Assembly (NCBI RefSeq): GCF_006345805.1
Contig: NW_021834530.1
Span: 1 to 47,938, forward strand
Source of the DNA: Octopus sinensis
Lineage: Eukaryota
Direction of reading: 5' to 3'
Length of the DNA stretch: 47,938 nt
Shown here: positions 13,320 through 26,814 of the stretch, in pieces
Layout: every line of letters begins with the position of its first letter
Position numbering within the stretch: the stretch's first letter is position 1
Translations under genes and position numbers: made by a program
The notes under the pieces: model-generated
The model's database searches: none
Told to the model about the DNA's origin: nothing
Seen by the model: only the letters and a program-made list of their open reading frames with translations

Positions 13320-14080
13320 TATTCTTCTTCGTTCTCCCCCTTCGTCTCCTCCGTCTCCATCCTCTCCTCTTCTCTCTCCTATCCACGACGTCTCTTCTTC
13401 CTCTCCCACCTCTCTCCACATCTTCTTCGTCTTCTTCTTCTTCTCCTCCTCCTTCTCCTCCTCCTTCTTGTTCTTGTTCTTGTTCTTGTTCTTGTTCTTC
13501 TTCTTCTTCTTCCTCTCCCACCTCTCTCCACTTCTTCTTCGTCGTCTTCTTCTTCTTCGTCGCCTTCTTCATCCTCTTCTTCTTCTTCTTCTTCTCCTTC
13601 TCCTCCTCCTCTTTTTTCTTCTTCTTCTTCTCCTACTCCTCCTTCGCCTCCTCCTTCTTCTTGTTCTTGTTCTTGTTCTTGTTCTTCTTCTCCTTTTTCT
13701 TCTTGTTGTTCTTCTTCTTCTACTTCTTCTTCTTCGTCTTGCTTCTTCTCTTTCTTTTCTTCTTCTTCTTCTTTTCTTCTTCTTCTTCTTCTTATTCTTC
13801 TTCTTCTTCTTCTTCTTCTTCTTTTTCTTCTTCTTCTTCTCCTACTCCTACTTCGCCTCCTCCTTCTTCTTGTTCTTGTTCTTGTTCTTGTTTTCTTCTC
13901 TTTTTTCTTCTTGTTGTTCTTCTTCTTCTTATTATTCTCTTCGTCTTCTTCTTCTTCTTTATTATTCTTCTTCTTCTTCTCGTCTTCTTCTTCTTCTTCT
14001 TCTTCTTCTTCTTTCTTCTTCTTCTTCTTCTTCTTATTCTCTTCTCTTCTTCTTCTTCTTCTTCTTCTTCTTCTTCTTCC
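13320..14080. repeat. (CTT)n/(CCT)n polypyrimidine compound microsatellite
   Basis: About 760 bp almost purely pyrimidine on the + strand, with repeated (ttcttg)n blocks. Confidence 0.95.
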
Positions 14081-14346
14081 TCTCCTGACGTATTTCGCTC
14101 GAAACGTCAATATTCTCATATCACTACGAACTAAATGCAAAACTTATTTTTACAAACTTCACAAATAAAATTAATTGTATTTATTTATTTATTTATTTCT
14201 CTCCGCAAATGGTGTGTTAATCTGTTTAGTGATTGGATATTAATGTCATCGAATGTGTCAAACCAGATTCACCTGACAACAAAAACACCGCCAAAAAGAT
14301 AAAAGTTTGTAATACAAAATATAAAATTAAGCACACATTTTAGACA

Positions 14347-14414
14347 CATTATTATTATTATCATTATTATTATTATCATTATTATTATTATCATTATTAT
14401 TATTATCATTATTA

Positions 14415-14448
<34 letters not shown>

Positions 14449-14765
14449 CATCATTATTATTATCATTATTATTATTATTATCATTATTATTATTATCATC
14501 ATTATTATTATCATTATTATTATTATTATCATTATTATTATCATTATTATTATTATTATCATTATTATTATTATCATTATTATTATCATTATCATTATTA
14601 TTATCATTATTATTATTATCATTATTATTATTATTATTATTATCATCATTATTATTATTATCATTATTATTATCATTATTATTATTATTATTAATATTAT
14701 TATTATGATTGTTATTGTTGTTGTTATTGTCGTTGTTGTTATTATTATTATTACAATTATAATTA

Positions 14766-14806
<41 letters not shown>

Positions 14807-14963
14807 GTTGTTGTTCGTTGTCGTCATCATCATCTCACCTTAATTACCGTCATCGTCACCGCTATTCTAACACCTGCAATTGTAATTATAACTGTTTTGA
14901 TGATTATTGTTATCGCAGTCGTCATCCTCACCATCACCATTATTATTATTATTATTATTATTA

Positions 14964-14996
<33 letters not shown>

Positions 14997-15064
14997 CTTA
15001 TGATTATCATATTCATATTCATATTATTATTATTATTATTATTATATTATTATTATTATTATTA

Positions 15065-15099
<35 letters not shown>

Positions 15100-15185
15100 T
15101 ATTATTATTATTATCATCATCATCATCATTATTATTATTATCATTATTATTATTGTTGTCGTCGTCGTTGTTGTTGTTGTTGCTG
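14347..15185. repeat. (ATT)n/(ATC) compound microsatellite
   Basis: Runs of several ATT units punctuated by ATC, later with GTT. Confidence 0.95.
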
Positions 15186-15503
15186 CCTTTTTATTTCATT
15201 ATATTTCATTTCTTCAATTCACCATGCATTTTAATCTTATTTAATCCGATAATCGCAGAATTATTCAGTACGAATGCAACGACGACGACGACGACGACTA
15301 CCGCCGCCACCACCACTACAGCTACAACAATTGTTGCAGCAGAACCAGCAGCAGCAGCAGCAGCAGCAGCAGAGTTCAAGTTTTGCAATTTTCTCAGTTC
15401 TAACCTCAACCATAGTTACAACAATAAGTATAAACATCAACATCATCATCATCAACATCATCATCGTCGTCGCTGTCATTATCCAGCATCATCATCATCT
15501 TTA

Positions 15504-15545
<42 letters not shown>

Positions 15546-15576
15546 GTCATCATCATCATCGTCATCATCAACATCA

Positions 15577-15861
15577 TGTGAGTGAATTCTATAGACGGAA
15601 ACTGAAAGAAGCTCGTCACATATGTATGTGTGTGTGTGTGTGTATGTATGTTTGTGTGTTTGTGTTTGTTCCCCCAACATCGCTTGACAACCGATGGTGG
15701 TGTGTTTACGTCCCCGTAACTTAGTTTTTCGGCAAAAGAGACCGATAGAATAAGTACTAGGCTTCCAAAGAATAAGTCCCGGGGTCGGTTTGCCCGACTA
15801 AATGGCGGTGCTCCAGCATGGCCGCAGTCAAGTGACTGAAAGGAGTAAAAGAGTAAAAGAG
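15577..15861 (+). mobile_element. SINE family A, 5'-truncated
   Basis: gacggaaactgaaagaagc...(TG)n...ggcggtgctccagcatggccgcagtca followed by a (gagtaaaa)n tail. Confidence 0.9.
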
Positions 15862-15933
15862 TATTAGAATCAACGTTATCGCCTTCGTCATCTTCCCCAG
15901 TGTCACCAACGTTAACAAAGACAACTCTTACAT

Positions 15934-16006
15934 GACCACCACCACCACCACCACCACCACCACCACAACGCCATAATCCTGACCATCACTAACAACACAA
16001 ATATTA

Positions 16007-16056
<50 letters not shown>

Positions 16057-16391
16057 GAATCACTATCAGATCCTACAATACTACCCACCAAACTCATCAT
16101 CATCATCATCATCTTCATTATCATCATCATCATTATCATTACCACCACCAAATATAGAAACACCGGCTGACAGCAGCAACAACAACAACAAGGTCAACAA
16201 CAATCACATTTGAGATAAAGAAACGAAGAATTGGTTTAAACTGAACTGATGACATATTTTTGGTAAAAAAAAAATTAAAATATTGAAACGTCTCGGTACA
16301 AGAAAGACAAGTGTTGACATTAATCTCCACATCGCTCCTCCTCCTCCTCCTCCTCATCATCATCATCATCATCATCAACATCATCATCATC

Positions 16392-16423
<32 letters not shown>

Positions 16424-16581
16424 CAACATCATCACCATCACTATCATTATGATCATCAGCATCATCATTATCGTCACCATTCCCGTCATGATGATCATCA
16501 TTCCCGTGATCCACATCACCATCATCATCATCATCATCACCAACATCTCCTCATCATCATCAGCATCAGCATTATCATCAC

Positions 16582-16616
<35 letters not shown>

Positions 16617-16647
16617 GCATCAGCATCATCATCATCATCATCATCAA

Positions 16648-16682
<35 letters not shown>

Positions 16683-16752
16683 ACATCATCATCATCATCA
16701 TCATCAACATCATCATTATCAGCATCATCAACATCGTCATCGACATCATCAT
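15934..16752. repeat. (CAC)n, (CTA)n and long (CAT)n microsatellites
   Basis: Direct inspection; (CAT)n dominates 16355-16752. Confidence 0.95.
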
Positions 16753-16834
16753 TTAGCGATAGTGATGGATCTTCGTCGCTCGACAAAGAAGATTCCGTTA
16801 TTCGATCAATTGAATTATCTGCCATATTGAATTA

Positions 16835-16960
16835 GCATGTAAGTGGCTGAGTACCCCACAGGCACGTGCACCTTACACGTAAATCTGTAATTCTCAGTCA
16901 GAATCAACGTGACGTGACACATTGAGTGTGATGCGCGGCTATGAGTTTTGAATTACGGAT
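16835..16960 (-). mobile_element. SINE family B tail-1 fragment
   Basis: tgtaagtggctgagtac...cacgtg...cgtgacac matches 28524-28600. Confidence 0.65.
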
Positions 16961-17027
16961 TACGATCCACCCTAGAGTCGCCTGTAAAATGTCCGTCGGT
17001 CCAGTTTCAATCACAGGATATATATAT

Positions 17028-17442
17028 ATTTATTGCCCACAAGGGACTAAACACAGAGAGGACAAACAACGACAGACAAAGGGATTAAGTCGATTACATC
17101 GACCCCAGTTCGAAACTGGTACTTTATTTATCGACCCCGAAGGGATGAAAGGCTAAGTCGACCTCGGCGGAATTTGAACTCAGAACGTAAAGACAGACGA
17201 AATACCTATTTCTATTTCTTTATTGCCCACAAGGGGCTAAACACAGAGAGGACAAACAAGGACAGACATAGGTATTAAGTCGATTACATCGGCCCCAGTG
17301 CGTAACTGGTACTTAATTTATCGACCCCGAAAGGATGAAAGGCAAAGTCGACCTCGGCGGAATTTGAACTCACAACGTAACGCAGATGAAATACCGCTAA
17401 GCATTTCGCCCGGCGCGCTAACGTGTCTGCCAGCTCGCCGCC
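17028..17442 (-). mobile_element. SINE family C with head and a tandemly duplicated ~190-bp body and tail
   Basis: Head ggcggcgagctggcag at 17442, then two successive units, each ending in g(c/t)cccttgtgggcaataaa. Confidence 0.9.
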
Positions 17443-17908
17443 TTCGATCACAAGATATATAGATCTATTCGTGAGGTTAGAGAAAATATTTACCCAAGAT
17501 GTCACCTGGTAAAACGCATGGCTTAGCAATAGTGGCATCAAAGCGACCAATTTTTGGCGTAAGAGCGAAGGGAAGTGCGGAAACAACAACAACAACAACA
17601 CCAGAAGCAAAAACAATAACTATAGCAAGAATGGCTACGACAGCAACATCGGCAGAAGAACAATAACAAAACAGAACAAGAACAAACAAAGGAGGCAACA
17701 ACAACAACATCAATAACAGGAACAATAACAATGAAAATACTCTTGAACAACGAATTTCAACGTAAACAAACTTTGATTTGAATATAAAAGAAAAATGAAT
17801 TCTTTAACATTTTCGACAAACTTATATTGAACATGGCGGAAAGACTTTTGTTTGGTCGTTATAAAAAATTGAAGTTGAAAGGTGTGTGTTGTGTGTTTGT
17901 GCATGTAC

Positions 17909-17941
<33 letters not shown>

Positions 17942-18512
17942 TGTGCGTGTGTGTTTATGCGCGTGTGTATGTTTCTCAATGTGTGTGAGTCTGTATTCGA
18001 ATGGGTGTGTTTCTAAATGAGTGCGTACGTGGATATGTGGATATGTACGTGCGTGTTTTTGTTTCTATATGTATGTGCATTTCATTGTGTGTGTTTGTGT
18101 GGGTGTTTGATTGTGTGTCCGTGTGCGTATTGAGTATGTTTATGTTTATGTATATGCGTGTGTACGTGTGAATGCCTGCGAGTGTGTATATGTGTATGTG
18201 TATAAATATTAGATAGCCATAATTATTGCTCCCAGATACAAACTAGGCGTATTCCAGGATATATTCATGATAGGAGTGAATAGGTACACACACACACACA
18301 AACACACACATACGCACACGAATACACACACACATGCAGACACGCAAATGCATACAAATATATGTTATATAAACAGATAAAGAGAGAGAAAGAGAGATAG
18401 AAAGAAAGAAAGACAGAGTGAGAAACAGAAAGACAGACAGATGTTGGTTGTCAGAAACCGAAACACAGAGATAGACAGATATCTAGATTAGTAAAAAGGG
18501 TGATATATATAT

Positions 18513-18544
<32 letters not shown>

Positions 18545-19569
18545 GTGTGTGTGTGTGTGTGTGTTGTGTGTGTATGTGTATGTATGTATGTATGTATATA
18601 TGTATGTATTTATGTATGTATGAAGGCAGACATACATGCTTACACACATACGTATATATATATGTAACTTGGTAAGGCTGAAGTTATTTGAACATAGGTG
18701 TCATTCAGTCAGATTAACAACAATAACAACGGCAACAACAATATCAACAACAACAACAATATCAACAACAACAACAATAGCAAAGACAACAACAGCAACA
18801 ATTGAAACGACATCAACAGCAAGTAACCACTTAGATGCGTGTTTTCCCTACAACGCCAAGATATTGGATTTGCATGTAAACTGGCAGGAACCAGAAAGTG
18901 GAATTAGTTCGCCCGATTGTCCACTTATTATTAACATTCAATGCCTGTTTTATTGCAACATTGTTGGCCGAAAGATAACGATTAAATGATGTAACTTGCT
19001 GTAATTAAGTTGATTTGGCCTGCATTAACATTAACCAATGTGCAAATGCGATCGAGGCTGCATGAATATTTCCATATGAAGTTATAGCTGGCTATAACAT
19101 TAAACCTCCATTGGCGACATTTTCTATGAATCTTGTTAGAATAACAAGATAAAACTTATCATATTGTAATTATTGTATTCTCTCCCAAAGTGGTAAGTGA
19201 CATCAAGCATAAGATATTTAAGTGTTTTAGGCTGACTTTCTTTCGTTTTATTGTCTTTCTGGTTCAAATTTCTGTAACGAGGATGCCTTCTAAGTTCAAA
19301 TAACACCAAAGATTTAGTTTGAATTTAAACGATCTTTATTATTATTAATTTTCGATTCGAATGAAACCATAAAGATACAGATTCTTCAGGAAATCTGACT
19401 GGGGGATCTTGGGGACTTTGGTGAGAAGCTTCACAAGGAATTCCATTGGAAACAACATGTGATGGAAGAAATATATCAAAGCGGTAGGATAACGACATAT
19501 TATAGGAAACTCCAGCTAGGGCTTTCAGCGTAATATATACACATACATATTCATATACATACACACATG

Positions 19570-19632
<63 letters not shown>

Positions 19633-19758
19633 CACATTACTCAATCATTGTTATATGTTTTATCTTATATTCAATCTTTCTATAATATGTAATTTTTTTA
19701 AATGGTATAATTTAATTTTTCATTATTGAATTGATAAAAGTGTTTTTTTTTTCTAATT

Positions 19759-19791
<33 letters not shown>

Positions 19792-19872
19792 GATATATAT
19801 ATATATATATATACTTCCACATGTACATTTACTTATATGTATATGTATGTGTGTGTGTTTCTATTGTATGTA

Positions 19873-20400
19873 TTGGGTTGTTCGGAAAGTTCGTGCCGAT
19901 TTTTAAAGGAAAGAAAAATGTCAATAAAACTTGACGTTACATTTTTAATCAACCAAATATGAATCATTTTGTTGCACAATGCGTCTCCATCTTTCCTTTA
20001 ACTTGAAAATACCCTTTTCCCAGAATTGAGGTGGTTTCATGGCAAATAATTCATCAAGGTATCTTTTTACATCATCCAAGGAATTGAAATTCTTGCCATT
20101 AAGACTATTTTGCAGAGACCTGAATAAGTGGAAATCCAAAGGAGCAATATCTGGTGAATATGGAGGGTGGGGTAACACATCCCAGCCGAGCTGCAGCAAT
20201 TTTTTTCTGGTTCCCAAAACATCAAGTGCCGAAAATGAACTTTCTTATCTTCCACTTTAAAGGATTACCACGAAAAGATAGCTTAATCTGTGCTCTAAAT
20301 GGAGTTGTAGTCAAATCCTATTTTATGGACTCAACCATGTTCTAAACTAAGTCGAAAGGTAAGCTACTATAAATCGGCACGAACTTTCTGGACAACCCAA
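19873..20400 (-). mobile_element. Internally deleted mariner element (528 bp) with TIRs and TA target-site duplication
   Basis: TIR ttgggttgttcggaaagttcgtgccgattt and its complement aaatcggcacgaactttctggacaacccaa, each flanked by TA. Transposase N-terminus MEDKKVHFRHLM is joined to the C-terminus GWDVLPHPPYSPDIAPLDFHLF (YSPDLAP-D motif). Confidence 0.95.
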
Positions 20401-21029
20401 TACATATGATTTCTGTAAATAAAAGTATGTGTATGTTCCTGTGTGCCTACATTTCTACATACATGTGCCTACATACATCATTACTGTTTCGCCTATTATC
20501 ATATTTAACATGTTTTATTTTTACTTATATTTATGAGTCCCTTGCAATTGGTTTGGAACTGTAAATTACCTAAACCCACGATTAGCAATTCATGGTCTCA
20601 GCCTCTGGATGAAATAATGTTAGCAAGTCCTGGAAAAACAATATGTTTTTAAGTATTCATTAATTCCAGCATTAAAATTTTTGCCCGTTCGGTTTATGTC
20701 ATGAGTCAAGTCTTTAATTTTCCTGGTCGTACTGCACTCGTACGCCAGCTTACCATAATAAATATGTTCAGTAAAAAGCGCTTTAGGTTACAGCGAAGAA
20801 AATAAATAGCAGGATATACGCCAGTCTTATACAGAATGTACCCTCGGGTATTACTCTTTCACCATCATTAAATGTGGAAGTAAGCCGAAGACGGAATGGA
20901 AACCTTAATGGGAAACTATTGAAAATAGACGCATACACGCACACACGCATAGAAGTGTACATATATTTACAGATAGACATATATACAAATATACATACAT
21001 ACCTGCATATATGGATATATACTTATGTA

Positions 21030-21095
<66 letters not shown>

Positions 21096-21124
21096 TATAT
21101 ATATATTTATATATATATATATAA

Positions 21125-21166
<42 letters not shown>

Positions 21167-21202
21167 ATATATATAATAATATAATATATATATATATATA
21201 TA

Positions 21203-21556
21203 GGCGCAGGAGTGGCTGTGTGGTAAGTAGCTTGTCTACTGCCACATGGTTCCGGGTTCAGTCCCACTGCGTGGCATCTTGGGCAAGTGTCTTCTACTGT
21301 AGCCCCGGGCGACCAAAGCCTTGTGAGTGGATTTGGTAGACGGAAACTGAAAGAAGCCTGTCGTATATATATATAGTATATGTATGTATGGGTGTTTGTG
21401 TTTGTCCCCCTAGCATTGCTTGACAACCGATGCTGGTGTGCTTATGTCCCCGTTACTTAGCGGTTCGGCAAAAGTGACCGATAGAATAAGTACTAAAAGG
21501 CGGTGCTCCAGCATGGCCGCAGTCAAATGACTGAAACAAGTAAAAGAGTAAAAGAG
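21203..21556 (+). mobile_element. SINE family A with a ~40-bp internal deletion
   Basis: Full head. ataagtact is joined directly to aaaaggcggtgctcc. Inserted next to (TA)n. Confidence 0.92.
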
Positions 21557-21760
21557 AATATATATATATACACATATATACACATATATAAAATATATAT
21601 ATACGACTATACATGTATACAAGTATACATACATTTTGCGTGTGCTCGTGTGTGTATGTGTGTGAACAAAGAGTTGTGTGTGGAGGTATATGTGCATTTT
21701 TTAGCTCGTGTGTGTGCATGCGTATGCGTATGTGTGTATGTGTGGTGTGTGTGTGGCGTT

Positions 21761-21810
<50 letters not shown>

Positions 21811-22139
21811 TTCTGTGTGTGTGTGTGTCTGTGTCTAAACAGCATAAGTACACTTGGATTCACAGAAAACAAGTATGGAACACGTTAAAAAATGTTGAAA
21901 TTCAAAACTCGCCGCAGTAGCAAATGGGGGTTTTGAGTCCCTTTTTAATTAATTAATTAATTGATTAATTAATCAGTTTGAAAACCTTCTTTGAGTCTAC
22001 ACTGAAATTCTTTTTTTGTTTTTGTTTCTTCGAATCTGTTTTGTTCCCTTGTTGACTGTCATTTGTTTTGTAATCATTTTCATTAAGGCTCATCCTATTT
22101 GTTTATTTTTTCGTAATTAATTAAAGGGCATAAATGATG

Positions 22140-22176
<37 letters not shown>

Positions 22177-22248
22177 TAATAATAATAATAATAATAATGA
22201 TAATAATAATAATAATAATAGCAACAACAACAGCAACAACAATAATAA

Positions 22249-22464
22249 TCCTTTCTACTGGAAGCACCAGGCCTCAAATTTGGTGGGGGAAGGGATTAAG
22301 TCGATTACATCAACCCCCAGTGCATAACTGGTACTTATTTAATCAACCCCGAAACGATGAAAGGCAAAGTCAGCTTCGGCGCAATTTGAACTCAGAACGT
22401 AACGGCACATGAAGTACGGCTAAAAATTTTGCTCGGTGTGCTAACGATTCTGCCAGCTCGCCGC
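22249..22464 (-). mobile_element. SINE family C flanked by (TAA)/(CAA) microsatellites
   Basis: Head gcggcgagctggcagaatcgttagc on the minus strand, plus core and tail. Confidence 0.85.
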
Positions 22465-22496
22465 TTGAACAACAATAACAACAACAACAACAACAA

Positions 22497-22573
<77 letters not shown>

Positions 22574-22943
22574 GTAATAATAATAATCACAATAGCAACA
22601 ACATAGAATCGGATCGAAAACCTGAGAACGAAACAGTCAGAAAAGATAAACCCAAACTAAAAAAATACATCGAGCCAAATTTTTCAGAAGTCATACACAA
22701 CCGCATTACAAAGAATGAAGAGTGTATCGATAGATTGAAGTGTTTATTCTTAGATGCAATATGCCTGAAACATTCCAGGATGGTCACGATTAGAACGTCT
22801 TCAATAATATATTTTTTCGACTAGATCTGTCAGGAGGTTAAACAACCACACTACGATACACACATTACTATTTGTTAGATGTATCCTTTGATTTCTTTAA
22901 GGAGCTTTTTATCTTATCGTTTAACCCATAGAAATAGTAGCTA

Positions 22944-23336
22944 CTAGCAGTATCGCCCGGCGTTGCTCGGGTTTGTTTCGACCCTTTAAAATTGGAATTT
23001 TTGAAAAGTAAAATTTTGCATTATGTAGCTTGTTATTCTCTTTAAGTGAACATTTTCCTGGTTGAAATACACCGAAAAATGGCGACACAGCAGTCAAAAA
23101 ATCGTAAAAAAATAAGGATTTTCAAAGAAAAAAAGCACATTTTTTATGTAAATAATTTTTGGTGTTAACATGGTCCGATTTGAATTTTTTTCTTCTACGG
23201 AAGGAAGAGCAAGCCTTATTCTATCATACTTTCAATTTTGGTCAACTTGCACCGTAGGGTCTTGGAGGAGATAGTGTTAGTTGAAGGCTACCAAACCTGC
23301 CATACACAGGCAACTTCAGCTTTATATATAGAGAGA
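22944..23336 (-). mobile_element. Non-autonomous Helitron (393 bp)
   Basis: Minus strand begins A|TC...TATATATAAAG and ends with hairpin CCCGAGCAACGCCGGG then CGATACTGCTAG|T. Inserted between A and T with no TSD. Confidence 0.8.
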
Positions 23337-24356
23337 TAACGCCCTGAAAAGAGAGGTTCCGTTTCTTTTAATTCTTTTTCCTTTTTGTATAGTTGAAGGT
23401 TTTACCACAATCCTCTGAGCTTATCATTGAAACTGCTATCCATGTTCTAAAGAATGCAAAAATAGTTTGGTGCTGATAAATTTAAAATGAAGTGAGGTAG
23501 TTTCAATAAATGTAATTAGCGTAGAATAGGGTCGGGGGAAAAGTTGGTCGTTTTGGACTGAGTGTGTTTATTAAGGAAGAAAAAATATCTATCTGTAGTA
23601 CTGAAAATGGATACTAAAAGTTTCAAATTAAAGCACGTTTTCTTCTCGAGGGCTGTTTATGTTAAAATAACACTGACACGTTCTGGAATATCATACTGAG
23701 ATTCTCGCTCTTTGAGCAGGTGGTTTAGTTTTATTATGTTTAGTATGATTGCCTATAGCAAGATGGACGCTTATTCAAAAGACATTTGGTTAAATTTCGA
23801 ATCTCCATGATGGTTTGAAATTCAAATGAATATGTGAAAACATTGACAGGAAATATATGAACGCCGTTGCGTATCATTATGGTATGGCCAGGTGTAATAT
23901 CTTTAAAAGACCTATAAGAGATATTACTTTTAATTAGTTCTTATTTGATTGACATGCAGCATCATTCACCCAGCCAATGGTGCTTGTGTAAGAAGAAGTG
24001 TTAGAGTAGTAAGAACGTTGTATGTAGGGTCTCCCATAATTTGAAATTTTTTTATAAAGGTGAAAGGATTTTGTTTATTTATTTATTTATTTCGAGTCTC
24101 CACCTGCCACGGTGATTTAATTGACTAGGAACACTGTACGCGATGAATATCCAATACAAAACAATCTTAATCTCCGTATTTAAACTGCATTAAACTTTGG
24201 CAATCTTACCTTTACCTATTCTGAGATACTTGAAAGGTGATGTTCCCTTCCCTACTAATGCGTTGTTTCAATTTAAGGATGCTTATTTACCCATCCATTA
24301 TGATATTTCGACTGTTGTCCGTTGTCGTTCTAGCCTTTTTTAAAAACAATCACATA

Positions 24357-24592
24357 TGTGTGTGTCTTTGTGTCTACGTTTGTTCCCCCAGCACCGTTTT
24401 TGACAATCGGCGTTGGTGCTTTCGCGTCCCCGAAATTTAACAGTTAGGCAAAAGAGCCCGATAAAGTAAGTACCCCCAAAATTGAACAAGAAATAAGTAC
24501 CCGGTGTCTGTTCGTTCGTTCGTCTAGAATTCTTCAAGGCGGTGCCCCAGCATGGCCGAAGTCTAATGATTGAAACAAGTAAAAGATGAAAG
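24357..24592 (+). mobile_element. SINE family A 3' half, diverged
   Basis: tttgttccccc...ggcaaaagag...aaggcggtgccccagcatggcc...gaaacaagtaaaaga. Confidence 0.85.
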
Positions 24593-24727
24593 AAAGATGT
24601 TTCTCGAAGTCTTGAAAACCATAGTAATATCGACATGTAGCGCAGCCGCAGTTAGACACGTGACCGCAAACACTGAATATACAAAACTATGTTTAACACT
24701 GCTGTCCCTGTTCAATTACATAAAAAA

Positions 24728-25112
24728 GGAGGCGCAATGGCCCAGTGGTTAGGGCAGCGGACTCGCGGTCGGAGGATCGCGGTTTCGATTCCCAGACCGG
24801 GCATTGTGTGTGTTCATTGAGCGAAAACACCTAAAGCTCTACGAAGTTCCGGCAGCGGGTGGTGGTGGTGAACCCTGCTGTACTCTTTCACCACAACTTT
24901 CTCTCGCTCTTTCTTCCTGCTTCTCTTGTACCTGTATTTCAAAGGGCCAGCCTTGTCACATTCTGTGTGTCACGCTGAATCTCCTCGAGAACTACGTTAA
25001 GGGTACACATGTCTGTGGAGTGCTCAGCCACTTGCACGTTAATATCACGAGCAAGCTGTTCCGTTGATCGTATCAGCTGGGACCCTCATCGTCGCAACCG
25101 ACGGAGTGCTCC
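24728..25112 (+). mobile_element. SINE family B (head, body X, tail 1), full length
   Basis: tRNA-like head ggaggcgcaatggcccagtggttagggcagcggactcgcgg...ggtttcgattccc; closely similar to the copy at 28445-28827. Confidence 0.92.
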
Positions 25113-25203
25113 TACTACATAAAAAAAAAACAGAAAACGTTCTGGACTGCAATAGGCAGTACGCCATCTACATTTTCAAGGGGGTTATGTTCCTATGGAT
25201 GAA

Positions 25204-25522
25204 GGAGCGTCACTTTGCTGTTAGGGTATTCGGTTCGAATTCGTAAGTTCGTAAGTTCGCTTCCGGTATCTCATATTGTCCTTGAGCAAGACACTTTATT
25301 TCACGTTACTTTAGTCCACTCAGCTGGCAAGAATGAGTAGTTCGTGTATTTCAAAGGGGCCAGCCTTGTCACATCCAGTGTCACACAGAATCTTCCCTAG
25401 AATTACATTAAATGTACACGTGTTCGCGGAGTACTCATCCACTTGCACGTTAATCTGATGAGTAAGCTGTTCCGTTGATCCGTTCAACTGTGGCATTCGT
25501 CGCCACAACCGGTGGAGTACCA
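25204..25522 (+). mobile_element. SINE family B variant (degraded head, body Y, tail 1)
   Basis: gtccttgagcaagacactttatttcacgtt...agtccactcagctgg followed by tgtatttcaaagg..ccagccttgtcac (tail 1). Confidence 0.8.
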
Positions 25523-25546
25523 GTTACGTATCTATGTATCTACTAG

Positions 25547-25719
25547 CCATCTACTCGCAATACCAGAGGGCGCACACTCTCCTACCCTGATGTAATCTCC
25601 AGGGATACAGGCATCCAGCAACAGGACCTCCGTAATGCTATGATGGACCGTGAAGTCTGGCGTAGCATGGTAAACTCCATTGTCTCGACCACGGTCGAAC
25701 AATGATGAATGATGATGAT
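25547..25719 (+). mobile_element. RTE-clade LINE 3' end
   Basis: PSTRNTRGRTLSYPDVISRDTGIQQQDLRNAMMDREVWRSMV...* (R.RGR and DR..WR motifs) followed directly by a (TGA)n tail. Confidence 0.8.
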
Positions 25720-25749
25720 ATACAGACCAACTTTGGATACATTGCTGGG

Positions 25750-25909
25750 TTTCCCATTTCCTAAAAACTTGCTTGATAAAATAAAGAATCGATAACATAC
25801 TCGGCTTGGTTTAATTGGCAGTAATCTATTTCCCATTTCCTAAAAACTTGCTTGATAAAATAAAGAATCGATAACATACTCGGCTTGGTTTAATTGGCAG
25901 TAATCTATT
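25750..25909. repeat. Perfect 79-bp tandem duplication
   Basis: tttcccatttcctaaaaac...ggcagtaatcta at 25750 and 25829. Confidence 0.95.
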
Positions 25910-26087
25910 GCCACCATTGTGTTGCCCTGTCAAATATCGATTACATACACTAAAGTACATATTTTGTTTTTTTTTTACTTTTTAATGTCCAACACCGAAT
26001 ATGAAAACAGCCGTTAATCGAATCATTATACTTCTCACAATATTTCACACTAACTTCCAGTAAAATCATTGGCCTTTATTCCTTTAT

Positions 26088-26147
26088 TCTTTTATTCCTT
26101 TACTTGTTTCAGTCATTTGAGTGTGGCCATGCTGGAGCACCGCCTTT
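26088..26147 (-). mobile_element. SINE family A extreme 3' fragment
   Basis: tttacttgtttcagtcatttga..gtggccatgctggagcaccgccttt. Confidence 0.85.
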
Positions 26148-26814
26148 GTATGTTATTTTTACATATCTATTGTTTATTTGTATATTCATATTATTATTAT
26201 TATTATTAAGTTTTTTTTTTCAAATTGTTAAAATTCTGCGGGCAAATTTCCAGTAATTAGGTTTCTATTTCCCAAGAATAAATAAATGAATAGCCTGAAC
26301 TCTGTTAAACCAATGTAATACGATAAAAATAGCGCAGAAGAATATCGCCGCTATGATGTCATATCCGGTAACGGAATTCCCAATTCCGCAGATCAGGAAA
26401 TTGAAAAAAAGGTAAAACAAAACGAAAAAGAATTCATTGAAACAACTATTGTTTATAATGTTTATATAACGATGAATATAATGATGAATATGAATTGCAT
26501 TGTGCACGGATACACACACACACACACACAACATAGGCGTAGACATACCCACATGCATAAATTGTAAATGATCTTTCGTCGTTTTCGGCGATGCGTATCC
26601 CATTTGTTTTATCAGTCGCTCATTTACTGAGCTTACTGTCTGTAGTTGAGTATACCGCTAACAGTTCTAATTTAAACGTGATTCTCGGTCTCGTGTGGTT
26701 TGATGAACAGATTTGATCAATCAATCGTTTTTGTTCATATTTCTCATCAACCCAAATTTCAGTCGTAAGTTTAAACCGAAGTAGTGATCCTTAGAAGTAT
26801 CACTACTCAGCTAC

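Noticed and set aside
14085-14110. ctgacgtatttcgctcgaaacgtc, resembling a hammerhead 3' half
   Set aside because: Core is broken (CTGACGT) with no stem I or stem II pairing; at most a very decayed relic.
18868-19080. Octamer ATTTGCAT and TAATTA motifs suggesting an enhancer
   Set aside because: Short AT-rich motifs are expected by chance; there is no independent support.
24728-24802. tRNA-like sequence (also at 6385, 28755-28827 and the SINE A heads)
   Set aside because: No proper acceptor stem, and it continues into SINE bodies: these are SINE heads, not tRNA genes.
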